Shown here: one piece after another, positions 41,178 through 52,433 of the stretch
How positions within the stretch are numbered: position 1 is the stretch's first letter
Layout of the letters: every line of letters begins with the position of its first letter
DNA from: Octopus sinensis
Taxonomy: Eukaryota
Assembly (NCBI RefSeq): GCF_006345805.1
Contig: NC_042999.1
Coordinates: 116,560,001-116,624,000, forward strand
DNA: 64,000 nt
Direction: 5' to 3'
Notes under the pieces: generated by a model
Databases searched by the model: none
Seen by the model: the letters and a program-made list of their open reading frames with translations, nothing else
Told to the model about the DNA's origin: nothing
Program-made: the position numbers and the translations under genes

Positions 41178-41621
41178 TATTCATCATCGTCAGTACATAA
41201 GAAAAAAAAATAAAGTATTCATTAACGAACATTTACAATCACAATTATAAGTTTGATGGTTGCAGATCGATTGGAAGCGAGTTTGCCAGCAGCGCCCAAA
41301 TTAACTTAATTTGCTTTATCAGGTTTCTCAAATATACTCAAATATACCTAATTTTAAAACTGCAAATAAAGGCTTTTTAAAGAATTTCATTCATTAAATT
41401 ATTTTTTCCCAGATATATTTTTGGGTTTTGGGATTTCGAGATAGTTGTTTGCGATTTATATAAAATATATGACCTTTCAATATTTCAACAGCTGATAGTT
41501 TGGCATTAGGTATGTTTTTCAGATTTCTGACTAAGACTTCCCCCCTCTCCCTCTGTATATACACACACACACATGCATGCATGTATGTATGTATGTATGT
41601 ATATAAGAAGTAAAGTATGTA

Positions 41622-41679
<58 letters not shown>

Positions 41680-42271
41680 AGAACTAAAGATAAGATCGAA
41701 GGGTCAAGGTGTAGGAAGATAGTAAGCTTCGAGCAGTCCGTAGAAGGTATAAAAATCAACTTTCAGGAACAATAGTGATTCCTGACGTAGAAGGTTGTAA
41801 GCTTATAACCGTTTTAAGTTCGATAAACTGAAAAAAAAAAAAAAAAAGAACTATGTTATAGCTTACAGTTCGTCGCTATGGTTGCTGTGCATGCGAATAG
41901 ACATCCAACAGAGTAGATAAAATCCAGGCTACATATGTTTCATAGGCAGCAGAATCTCGGAAGTAGGAATTATCCAAAACGTTGGTGGTGGGTAATCTGT
42001 TAGCTACTCATCGGACCAAAGATACTTTAATCAAAAGAAGTCAATATTGTCGTCAAGGGATCTCATGTTGACTAGCAGGATATTCGATTGAAGAATATGT
42101 ATACATTCATATGTCTTAATCGAGGAAGATATTGCGTAAAAAATGAAATTCTCCATTTATCTATTGCGCAATTATCTGAAACGTATGTATTAAATGCATT
42201 CAGAATATTACTTGGTTGGACTACATTTCTGTTATGTATGTAAGTGTGTGTGTATGTGTGTGTGTGTGGTG

Positions 42272-42302
<31 letters not shown>

Positions 42303-42534
42303 TGTGTGTGTGTGTGTGTGTGTTTAGTTAAAATAAAAACAATTTTACATTAATGCGATAGGTTACTTTATACTTTTGTTGAGTACAAATTTACTATTCT
42401 TAAACAAGAATATTATTCACAGTGACTTCGAAGTTTCCGTCAGCTACGCGCACACACACACACACACACAAACACATACTCATGTCCACGAGTAAATATG
42501 AGTCAATCTACTGCGTCTATCTAACAATCTGTCA

Positions 42535-42575
<41 letters not shown>

Positions 42576-42596
42576 CTATCTATCTATCTATCTATC

Positions 42597-42689
<93 letters not shown>

Positions 42690-42752
42690 CATATATATAT
42701 AGGTGCTTATGCAAGTGCACGTGTGCGTACGGCTAAAATAGGTTGTTTACTG

Positions 42753-42783
<31 letters not shown>

Positions 42784-42944
42784 GGATGTGGTGAGCGTAG
42801 ATGGGTGTGTCTGCGGTTCGCGCGTGTTTCTCTCTGTTTATGCGAAGGATTATTTGCTACATCCCTGTAACACTCCCTGAAATACCATCCGATTAATGGA
42901 AGAAACAGTCACCGCAGTCCGTGGGGTGGTCTATGATTGTTGGT

Positions 42945-43441
42945 GATCACCAAGCAACAAACAGCCCCAACAATGACGATGCCGAAGGCAGAAGAAGGTA
43001 CGGAGGTGATAATATTAATGATCATGACGATGATGATGATGATGGTCATGGTGGTGGTGGTGGTGGTGGTGTGGTGATGATGGTGGTGTGGTGGTGATGG
43101 TGGTAATAGTGATGATGATGGTGCTGAGAGCGATTGCAGTAATGGTGGTGGTGGTTGTGGCTGTGATGATGATGTTGGTGGTGGGGATAATGATGATGAT
43201 GATGATGATGATGATAATGACAATGACGACGATGAAGATGGCGATAAGCGAGAAAAACCAAACACGATGGGTGCGATGGTAACATGAGGGAATGAGATAG
43301 AAAAGAAAGGGGTAGATGCTGCGAAGATGCAGTAGTATACTGCCGACATTCATGATGATGATCATGATCATGATAACAACGATGATGATGACGCCGATGA
43401 CAACGACGACGATGACAATGATGATGATGACGATGATGATG

Positions 43442-43473
<32 letters not shown>

Positions 43474-43585
43474 GGTGGTGGTGGTGTTGGTGGTGGTGGT
43501 GATGGTGGTGGTGATAACAGTGACGCCAACGGCGGCGACGACGGCGATGATGATGGTGATGATGACCAATGATTGTCATCATTAT
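42945..43585. repeat. (GAT)n/(GGT)n trinucleotide low-complexity region
   Basis: Two mixed GAT/GGT/GAC blocks separated by about 110 bp of unique sequence. This is the source of the poly-His/Met/Ile ORFs. Confidence 0.9.
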
Positions 43586-44055
43586 TAAGAGGGCCGATGC
43601 TAGAAAGAGAGATAGGTGAAGTATTGGTAGCAGTCAGAGACATACATATGTGCGTATATACATATATATGTAATGTGTATTGCATATGAAGGATAACCCA
43701 TTCGGTTATGAATTTCCATGGGATTGCACCTAGAAAGTTACCCTCCGAGGCACAAGTCCAGGCAAGGCTGTTTATGGAAGACCAGTAGTCGCCCATGAAT
43801 ACCAGCCCACCCCCCCACCACCACCACCACCGATGTTAACCAAGGGAAAGGCAAAGTCCGATACAGTTTTGTACCTGTGACGTCGAAACTCATTTATACA
43901 GCTGAGTGACTGGAGCAACGTGAATAAAGCCATGCTCAAGAACACAAAACGCAGCCCGGTCTAGCCACTGAGCCATGCACCTTCACTATATTGCGGAAAA
44001 CGTATAAATATATTTGCACAGGGAACCGCTTTCCATCGCCAGCCAGTGGTTGTCA

Positions 44056-44102
44056 CACGCTGATGACGGGTCAATACCCAGAAACTGTGACTATAGCCAG
44101 TG
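44056..44102 (+). ncRNA. Type I hammerhead ribozyme-like motif
   Basis: CACG-CTGATGA-C-GGGT(CAAT)ACCC-A-GAAA-CTGT(GACT)ATAG-CC-AGTG. Both core boxes are intact and stems II/III pair, but the U16.1 position is C and stem I has a mismatch. Confidence 0.5.
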
Positions 44103-44155
44103 CTTTCTGTTCTTAAGAAGGATCAGAAACTATGTGTTGTTTCATAGTATAAAAT

Positions 44156-44694
44156 GGGGTTAATACGATTTTGTCCAGAAATCACGTTTTCAAAATTTTA
44201 ATTTCCCCCTATCCCCAGCGCAATTTCTTAATTTCTAATCTTTCCGAATTTTTTTATATCTTGTTATCTACATAGAAAAATATAGTGATTAGTAATCTGG
44301 GAAATATATATTTTTTTTATAGTCTAATTTTCTTAAAGAAACACTCAAAGACCCTTCCCCCACCTCGCCTGTCTATCACCTACCCACTTTCAAAAAGCTA
44401 AAATCTCCCAATCTTGCACATTTGCCTGAAGTTTCCCGCTTGCATAGAATTCTACTGAAATAGCAGGCTCAAAAAATACCAGACAATGACCAGAAAATCC
44501 AACATGCTAGAAACAACGGGTAAACGCTATTATTTCTAAAGAAACTTCCAAAAAGCTAAAAGTGAAACACTGGGAGTGTGTGGCTATTTGAAAGTGGTGA
44601 GGTGATGGGTAAAATTCTTAAAAATGAATTTGTTGTGGAGAGAGGGAAAATTAAAGTATTGGGAACGTGTTTTGTGCGTGAAATCCTAATCTCC
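44156..44694. mobile_element. Old MITE-like element with long degenerate TIRs
   Basis: Left GGGGTTAATACGATTTT..CACGTTTTCAAAATTTTAATTTCCCCCT resembles the revcomp of right AGAGGGAAAATTAAAGTATTGGGAACGTG..AAATCCTAATCTCC. Confidence 0.45.
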
Positions 44695-45904
44695 TGTATC
44701 GCAAACTTAGGAATCGGAAGAAATTTAGGAAAAAAATAAGGGAGCGGGGAACGGAAATGTCACCTCAGACATGCTAGAAAGAAGAATTAAAAACAGAAAA
44801 ACACAAAACCGTACGGATTGAAGTGAAATTTATGAAGATACTTCTGTCAGTAAATTATGAAATTACTTACATCAATAAATGTGAATTTCTCTCTGTCAGT
44901 AATTTGTCGTTGTTTGCTTGTTTGTAAATAGTAGCTGAAGACTTAGACTTACGATGAAAACAATAACATGGAAGTTAAACAATGGCGTATGAAAATTGAA
45001 AATGAAAAGAATAGCATCAGAAAAATGAAAGTGAAAACAAGAGATATAGATAGAGAGATACGTTACAGAGAGATAGTGATAAATAAAGAGAGATGGATTG
45101 AGATATATACATAAAGAAATATGCTACGTCCCTGACGCTCGAAAATCGGAAGTGAATATTTTTAAAACTTTCCAAGGTGTGAATATAATATTTAAAAAAT
45201 ATCTTTTATTTTTAATAATTAAAAAAATAAATCAGATGAACAGCCTATTATTTGTCCGAGGTCAAATTATTCATGCATCACAAGTTTGAAAGCAATTGGT
45301 GAAGCCGTTTTCGCGTGAAAAGTGAATACGTACACATCCCTATTTTATATATTATTAGATATATATAAAGTAAAGACCCCCTTTGGTAATGAATGACCAT
45401 GGGGTTGCTCCTAGAAAGTTCCCCTTCGAGGCACAAATCCGAGTAAAATTGTTTTCGAAAGCCTAACAGCCATGCATACCAGCCTCTTTTCTCTACACCA
45501 CTGATGTTATCCAAGGGAAAAGCAAAGGCCGATACAGCTTGGTGCCAGTGACGTCGCAACTCACTTTTACAACTAAGTGAACTGGAGCAACGTGAAATAA
45601 AGTGCCTTGCTCAAAAACTCACCGGGAATCGAACTCATTACCTCTTGATTGTGAGCATGATGCTTTAACCACTGAGTTATGTGCCTTACACACACAAACA
45701 AACACACACACATACACAAAAGTACATACACACACACAATGAGTATACAATACGTACACATAGATTCACACACACACATAATTTAATATGTTTTTAGCAA
45801 ATACGTTTTTATGAGAAAAAGAGACGGGAAGTAGTTTTATACTTTGGTGTTTATATTCATAATAAAACATGATAAACCAGCGCTAATGTGTGTGGGAATT
45901 CTAT

Positions 45905-46160
45905 TTATGGCCAATGTTACCGCCAGTAGTTGATTTTTGAATTCTTTTGTCATTGATGAGAAATTCAATGCTGTAATGCTCAATGTCCTTGGAGTTGCAT
46001 TTGGAACTGCAGCTATGAATATCGCTTTTCAAAGGCAGTACGACATTTCTATTTGGATTTAATTTACAGCCGACATGAAAATGTCCCATTCATACATGCC
46101 TGTTGATGCAGAGCGCAGCTTGTACGAAGATAACTTTGTAATTCGTGTATGTGCTCGGCA
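45905..46160 (+). pseudogene. Possible hAT-like transposase C-terminal remnant
   Basis: IDEKFNAVMLNVLG...KMSHSYMPVDAERSLY resembles the hAT dimerisation motif (PxTSxDVERSFS). In-frame stops are present. Confidence 0.35.
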
Positions 46161-46927
46161 AAATTTGTTCCAGGCCGGATTGATTTGAACAAGTCTTAAT
46201 GTGTGGAATTATTTTTTATTTCTCAAAATCGCTCCTACAGACTCTCTGGAAAAGTACTCATATTCGAAGTGGAAAGATACGTTGTGTAGGATAGTTCATG
46301 CATTACTATGCCCGTCTAGGAGAAATCGCATCGTAGTCAATCCCGCAGCAGCTTTTTGTTATCTACATGTTCAAATATAATAGATAATTTCAATTTGAGT
46401 AGATGACTTTTTCTCCAACATTGCATTAATACTTGAAAATTCAACAAACTTTTTATCTTTAGTTCTTACAATCTATAGTTTAAAACCCAACAAGAAGCGC
46501 CATTTCTTTTGTATGGGAGGACACAGGTTGTTCTGCAGTGGATTGCGTCTTCATGCATTGTAAAACCTGGAGTACAACACCATGGAAATTACGTATGATG
46601 TCAATTACGGATCATTTTTACCTTTCCGTTATAGAAATGACTTCAGTTCTCCTCTCAATTCGAAAACTTGATTATATGATTGATACTTTTCCTGATGATC
46701 ACTGTAAAATTGTGTAAAATAATAACACATGAAAATTTGAACCCTAACTTGGCAAAGATTCAGAATAATGTAATGAGCTGCCGTGACCACTTCTTTTTCA
46801 TTAATATTTGGAAGATAGATTTTGAGTTCAACAGTCGTAACACAATGAAGATTTTCGCGTTTTAAACTAATCGCTTCAAAAATCATTGTTAAAAATTTCT
46901 AACATAATTTGAGACTTTGTTGTTGTT

Positions 46928-47126
46928 CAAGGGGATACTGAAAAGTTCCTGGTTTTAAGCGTGTCGGTCAACCTTCCGAGTTCTTTTACAGGACTTAGAC
47001 AAATTGAAGGACTGCTGCAATAAGTGTGTGAAATCTGAGAGGGGAATATGTTGAATAGAATCATAATTAACTGATCCTCCTGTATTTTCTTTCACCCAGA
47101 GCCAGGAACTTTTCAGGTCCCCCTCG
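46928..47126 (+). mobile_element. Mariner-derived MITE (about 200 bp)
   Basis: TIRs AAGGGGATACTGAAAAGTTCCTGG / CCAGGAACTTTTCAGGTCCCCCTCG. The interior matches 40962-41177. Confidence 0.75.
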
Positions 47127-47777
47127 TGGTTCTTATCATCTCATAGAAACTAAAAATGTGTTTTTCAATTCATCTTTAGTCGTGTTATGTAAATACCCAC
47201 AGTTGATAAGACATTGAGACATCAGATAATGCATCCAACTGTATGACATGGATCTCTTCAGTTTCGCTCACAGATTTTTTTATTGTTTTTTTTTTTACTA
47301 AATAGTTTAAAACTTCGTATACTAGTGTAATTTCTCACCCTAAACATGGTTTACTTTCAACATTTTTGACAACATTTCGTATTTTAGAAATCATTTCGTG
47401 TTAAAGTTGTCATATTTGGGTAATTTTAACGTGTATTCAGCTGAAGATAGCTACTGCTGTATGCGATAGTAATAAACAACTTCCGGGTCATCTCTACATG
47501 TCTCCATTCTGTTCTATTTTATTTTTGTTTACTGCCTGTGTTGCATATTACACGCTTTTTTTTCTGCTTTTCGATCGCCCTTTTGTACATTTGCCTTTTC
47601 ACCACTCGTACATTTACCATTTATATTGCCTATCCCAAGCAAATCACCCCTTCCTCCCAGTTATCTTAATCCTGTTGATAAACAGGCACTTCCTGCAACT
47701 AACTGTGAGTGTTCCCACGAGCAATTTTTAGTACAATTTTTTCTGTTTGTCTGTTTATGTTTCCCTTTAAGTCTCCT

Positions 47778-48076
47778 GTGAAGGCGCGTGGCTTAGTGGT
47801 TAGGGTATTCGGCTCATAATCGCAAACTCATAAGTTTGATTCCCGGTGACGTGTCGTGTCCTTTATTTCACGTTGTTCCTGGCAAAAATGAGTAGTACTT
47901 GTATTTCAAAGGGCCAGCCTTGTTACATTCTGTGCGACGCCGAATCTCCTTGAGAACAACATTAAGGTTACATGTGTCTGTGGAGTGCTCAGCCACTTGC
48001 CCATTAATTTCACAAGCAGGCTGTTCCGTCGATCGGCCCAACTGGAGCCCTCGTCGTCGTAACTGACGGAGTGCCA
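47778..48076 (+). mobile_element. SINE family B, B1 body
   Basis: Head GTGAAGGCGCGTGGCTTAGTGGTTAGGG, tail CTCGTCGTCGTAACTGACGGAGTGC. Imperfect TSD TTAAGT(C/T)TCCT. Confidence 0.85.
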
Positions 48077-48371
48077 TTAAGTTTCCTACTCCTTTAGAGT
48101 ATTGGTCCTTTAAAATGCATATATGTTTAGATAATTTTTTGTGTTGGAATGTTATTAGTTAACGTAGCTATTGTGTCTGATACTTGTATATCAGAGTATC
48201 TTTATTACTTGTATTTATGGTCGTGTAATTAATGAGTTTATTATTACCGTGCTGGGGAGTATGATCTGCGTTGCTGTTGTGTATGTGAATTAGGTTGTGC
48301 ATGTACCTGTGCTTGTAATAAAGCTACATATGATAGAGGTGGTGGCGGTGATGATGGTTTTGATAACTATC

Positions 48372-49021
48372 AAGATATTTCTACTCTAGGCACAAGACCC
48401 AAAATTTGGGGGAGGGGACCAGTCGATTAGATCGACCCCAGTACGCAAGTGGTACTTAATTTATCGAACCCAGTACGCAACTGGTACTTAATTTATCGAC
48501 CCCGAAAGGATGAAAGGCAAAGTCGACGTCGGCGGAATTTGAACTCAGAACGTAAAGACAGACGAAATATTGTTAAGCATTTCGCCTGGCGTGCTAACGT
48601 TTCTTATTTCTTTATTGCCCACAAGGGGCTAAACATAGAGGGAGCAAACAAGGACAGACAAAGGGATTAAGTCGATTACATTGACCCCAGTGCGTAACTG
48701 GTACTTAATTTATCGACCCCCGAAAGGATGAAAGGCAAAGTCGACTTCGGTGGAATTTGAACTCAGAACGTAAAGACAGACAAAATACTTATTTCTTTAC
48801 TACCCACAAGGGGCTAAACACAGAGAGGACAAACAAGGACAGACAAATGGATTAAGTCGATTACATCGACCCCAGTGCGTAACTGGTACTTATTTAATCG
48901 ACCCCGAAAGGATGAAAGGTAAAGCCGACCTCGGCGGAATTTGAATTCAGAACGTAACGGCAGACGAAATACGGCTACGCATTTCGCCCGGCATGCTAAC
49001 GTTTCTGCCAGCTCGCCGCCT
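48372..49021 (-). mobile_element. Three head-to-tail/nested SINE family A copies
   Basis: Three GAAAGGATGAAAGG(C/T)AAAG cores. Junctions are at about 48603 and 48789, and only the rightmost copy has a full head. An internal 32-bp duplication lies at 48431-48494. Confidence 0.9.
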
Positions 49022-49056
49022 TCACGATAGTAAGTATTAAAATATCGGAGTAGCTG

Positions 49057-49380
49057 TGAAGGCGCATGACTTAGTGGTTAGGGTATTTGGTTCACGATCG
49101 TAAGGTCATGAGTTCGATTCTCGGCGGCGATTTATGTCCTTGAGCAAAACACTTTATTTTCACATTGCTCCAGTACACTCAGCTGGCAAAAATAAGTAGT
49201 ACCTGTATTTCAAAGGGCCAACCTTGTCACACTCTGTCTCACGCTGAATCTCCTGAGAACTACGTTAAGGGTACGCGTGTCAGTAGAATGCTCAGCCTCT
49301 TGCACGTTAATTTCACGAGCAAGCTGTTCCTTTGATCGGATCAACTGGAACCCTCGTCGTCGTAGCCACAGAGTACTACT
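49057..49380 (+). mobile_element. SINE family B, B1 body
   Basis: Same head and body as 47778. TSD GG(A/G)GTAGCTG at 49047-49056 and 49381-49390. Confidence 0.85.
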
Positions 49381-49803
49381 GGGGTAGCTGCTGTTGAGAG
49401 TTATGTTGGTACACAGTTGCTCAAAAGCACTCCCCAATAAGTTCCTTTCGACTAGTTTGTTTTGTGTTGGCGTTTTAGTTTCTTTTTCTTTTTGCATTAG
49501 TAGCCTTTTAGAAATTCAGACTCCCCATCGACACCTCCGCCACACGACTAGAAGCAGCACAGCAGCACCGGCACCAAGAGTGGAAGCAACAGTGACAGAA
49601 ACGACACTACTCTCAATAACCACCACGTGACCAACAACAGCATCTAAAAGCCCTTAAACAACAACAACAACAAAAGAAAAAGACAATGACTCCTAAGACA
49701 TGCTCCTTTCCTTTTGAGCCACTCATACGCACATACGTAATACCATATATACATACATACATATATACACACATACTTATGATGACTGCCTCATATATAT
49801 ATG

Positions 49804-49837
<34 letters not shown>

Positions 49838-49857
49838 ATATATATAATATATATATA

Positions 49858-50460
49858 GGCGCAGGAGTGGCTGTGTGGTAAATAGCTCGCATACCAACCA
49901 CATAGTTCCGGGTTCAGTCCCACTGCGTGACATCTTGGGCAAGTGTCTTCTACTTGCCCTCGAGCCGACCAAAGCCTTATGAGTGGATTTGGTAGACGAA
50001 AACTGAAAGAAGCCCGTCGTATATATGTATATGTGTATATTTTGTGAATATACACGGTTCAGTGGTTAGAGCGTCGAGCTTACGATCGTGAGGTAGTGAG
50101 TTCGAATCCCGGACCGGGCTGCGTGTTGTGTTCTTGAGCAAGACACTTTATTTCACGTTGCTCCAGTTCACTCAGAAAGTGCCAAGCTGTATCGGCCCTT
50201 GGATAACATCGGTGGCGTGGAGAGGAGAGGCTGGTATGCATGGGCGACTACTGGTCTTCCATAAACAACCATAAACAACCGGACTTGTGCCTGGGAGGGT
50301 AACTTTCTAGGTCCAATCCCATGGTCACTCATGACCGCAGGGGTCTCAGCAGCATATTTTGTGGATCTGTGTTTGTGTCCTCCCACCATTGCTTGACAAC
50401 CGATGTTGGTGTGTCTACGTTCCCATAACTTAGCGGTTCGGCAAAAGAGACCGATAGAAT

Positions 50461-50462
<2 letters not shown>
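49858..50462 (+). mobile_element. SINE family C interrupted by a family B2 SINE (50047-50353)
   Basis: C head at 49858, with the C 3' half resuming at about 50364. The B2 insert is bounded by TSD ATATTTTGTG (50037-50046, 50354-50363). Confidence 0.85.
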
Positions 50463-50519
<57 letters not shown>

Positions 50520-50868
50520 TTACTCTTTTACTTATTACAGTCATTTGACTATGGCCATGCTGGAGCACCGCCTTTAGTCGAGAAAATCGACCCCAGGACT
50601 TATTTTTTATAAGCCTGTCGGTCTCTTTTGCCTTGTCTCTAAGTTACGGGAACGTAAATATACCAGCATTGGTTGTCAAACGATGTTGGTGGGGACAAAC
50701 ATATATATATATACAACGGGCTTCTTTCGGTTTCCGTCTACCAAATCCACTCACTAGACTTAGGTTGGCCTAAGGCTATAGTAGAAGACACTTGCGCAAG
50801 TTGCCACGCAGTGGGACTGAATCTGGAACCATGTGGTTGGTAAGCAAGCTACTTACCACACCGCCATA
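50520..50868 (-). mobile_element. SINE family C, inverted relative to the 49858 copy
   Basis: Tail TTACTCTTTTACTT..CAGTCATTTGACT at 50520 and head revcomp GGGACTGAATCTGGAACCATGTGGTTGGTAAGCAAGCTACTTACCACA at about 50813-50862. Confidence 0.85.
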
Positions 50869-50877
50869 TTTATATAT

Positions 50878-50997
50878 ACACCTCGAACAAACTGCCATGT
50901 CATACTCGTCTCCGAGTGATGATGATGATGTTCATATATATATATATCATCATCATCACTCGGAGACGAGTATGACATGGTAGTTTGTTCGAGGTGT
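50878..50997. repeat. 52-bp near-perfect inverted repeat (hairpin) with 16-nt loop
   Basis: Arms 50878-50929 and 50946-50997 are complementary except for one G.T pair. Loop GTTCATATATATATAT. Confidence 0.95.
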
Positions 50998-52093
50998 TCA
51001 TTTAGTCACGAGCTGACAGAGACACACGTTTGGCCCACCCGTACTTGACCCAATACATTATAAAGGACGTGACTGCTAGAAGTAGAAAGGACCACACTAG
51101 TATTCGATTAACAGGAAATGAAGTGTCTTGCTCAAGGACATGGCGGGCTGTTTAGTCCAGAAATTGAGACTATGGCCTTGCGATTACGTATCCAACATCC
51201 TGCATTACCGAACACTCCTTTCTTCAGCTGTCAAATGTATTATTGTAGAAGCGTTTGATAAAGTCACTGAAGACAGAGATTCCCGGCAACATTGATACAA
51301 CTAGATGTCCGGCTTCTTTTGACGCACTGCAGTACGTTTCTGTTCTTCTTCCTCTTAGCTATTTAACCACTACACCACACAGAGGGCAGCTGCAATCACT
51401 TCAATCTTATAACAGAAATTTTGTTTTGATCGACTACCTGCTGGGTATTATTTGCTCTTTGCTCTTAGATTAGTTCTTCCACCCACATCACTCTGACATG
51501 TCCTCGCCTGAAGAACACTTCTCGAATCATTACTTTTTTAGCCTTCCTAAGTCAAAAAAATGCTTGTGGATGTGTGTTTCTGTGTGCGAATAAGTGAGTT
51601 AGTGTGTGAATGTATATAAGTATGTATGGTCCAAATGTACAGATAACAAACCACAGAGACCGGTGAAGTAACAACAAGCAGGTGTGTAAGCTTGACGCTC
51701 GGGAAAAATGGAGAAGCCTTTGACGTTTCGAGCCTATGCTCTACGACAAAAACAAGTTCGAAAGTTCGAAAAGTTTTGAAGGTTCGAGAAGCTGTGTTAG
51801 ATTGGTATGTTAAAAATCAACATCCGTGTACAGTAAAATCCATGACGGTAGAGCCCGAGAAGTTCCAATGGTAAGTATATAGTACACACTGTATATAAAA
51901 TGTTCAATGCATCTAATTCATATTTGAATTTAATTTTACGTATGCATCGTCGTGGCATACCAGCAAATGGTTCTTTTTTTTGTACTATTTGTATATAGTC
52001 ATGGACTGATGATTCAGTTTGCCCTTGGTCCTATTCAGATACGGGATGTTGATAAGCCACAAAAATGGTAAAATATCGGTATCCATCACCTGA

Positions 52094-52139
<46 letters not shown>

Positions 52140-52148
52140 TGTGTGCGC

Positions 52149-52179
<31 letters not shown>

Positions 52180-52402
52180 TGTGTGCGTGTGTGTGTGTGT
52201 ATGTGTGTGTGTGTGTGTGCGGGCGTCACGCCACTTAGAAGAAACACCTCAAGTGCGTTTCGTATGAGTATCACTATTTAAATTAAAACAATGAGTCCAA
52301 AAAAATGTATTTTGTCTTCTCTGAGGACATTTGGGCGTAGTTTTAAATAAAGTGATTTTTATCATACTATATATGTGCGTGTGTATGTGTGTGAATGTGT
52401 GT

Positions 52403-52433
<31 letters not shown>

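Noticed and set aside
48431-48500. 32-bp direct repeats superficially like a CRISPR array
   Set aside because: There are no spacers, and this is a microhomology duplication inside a SINE in eukaryotic DNA.
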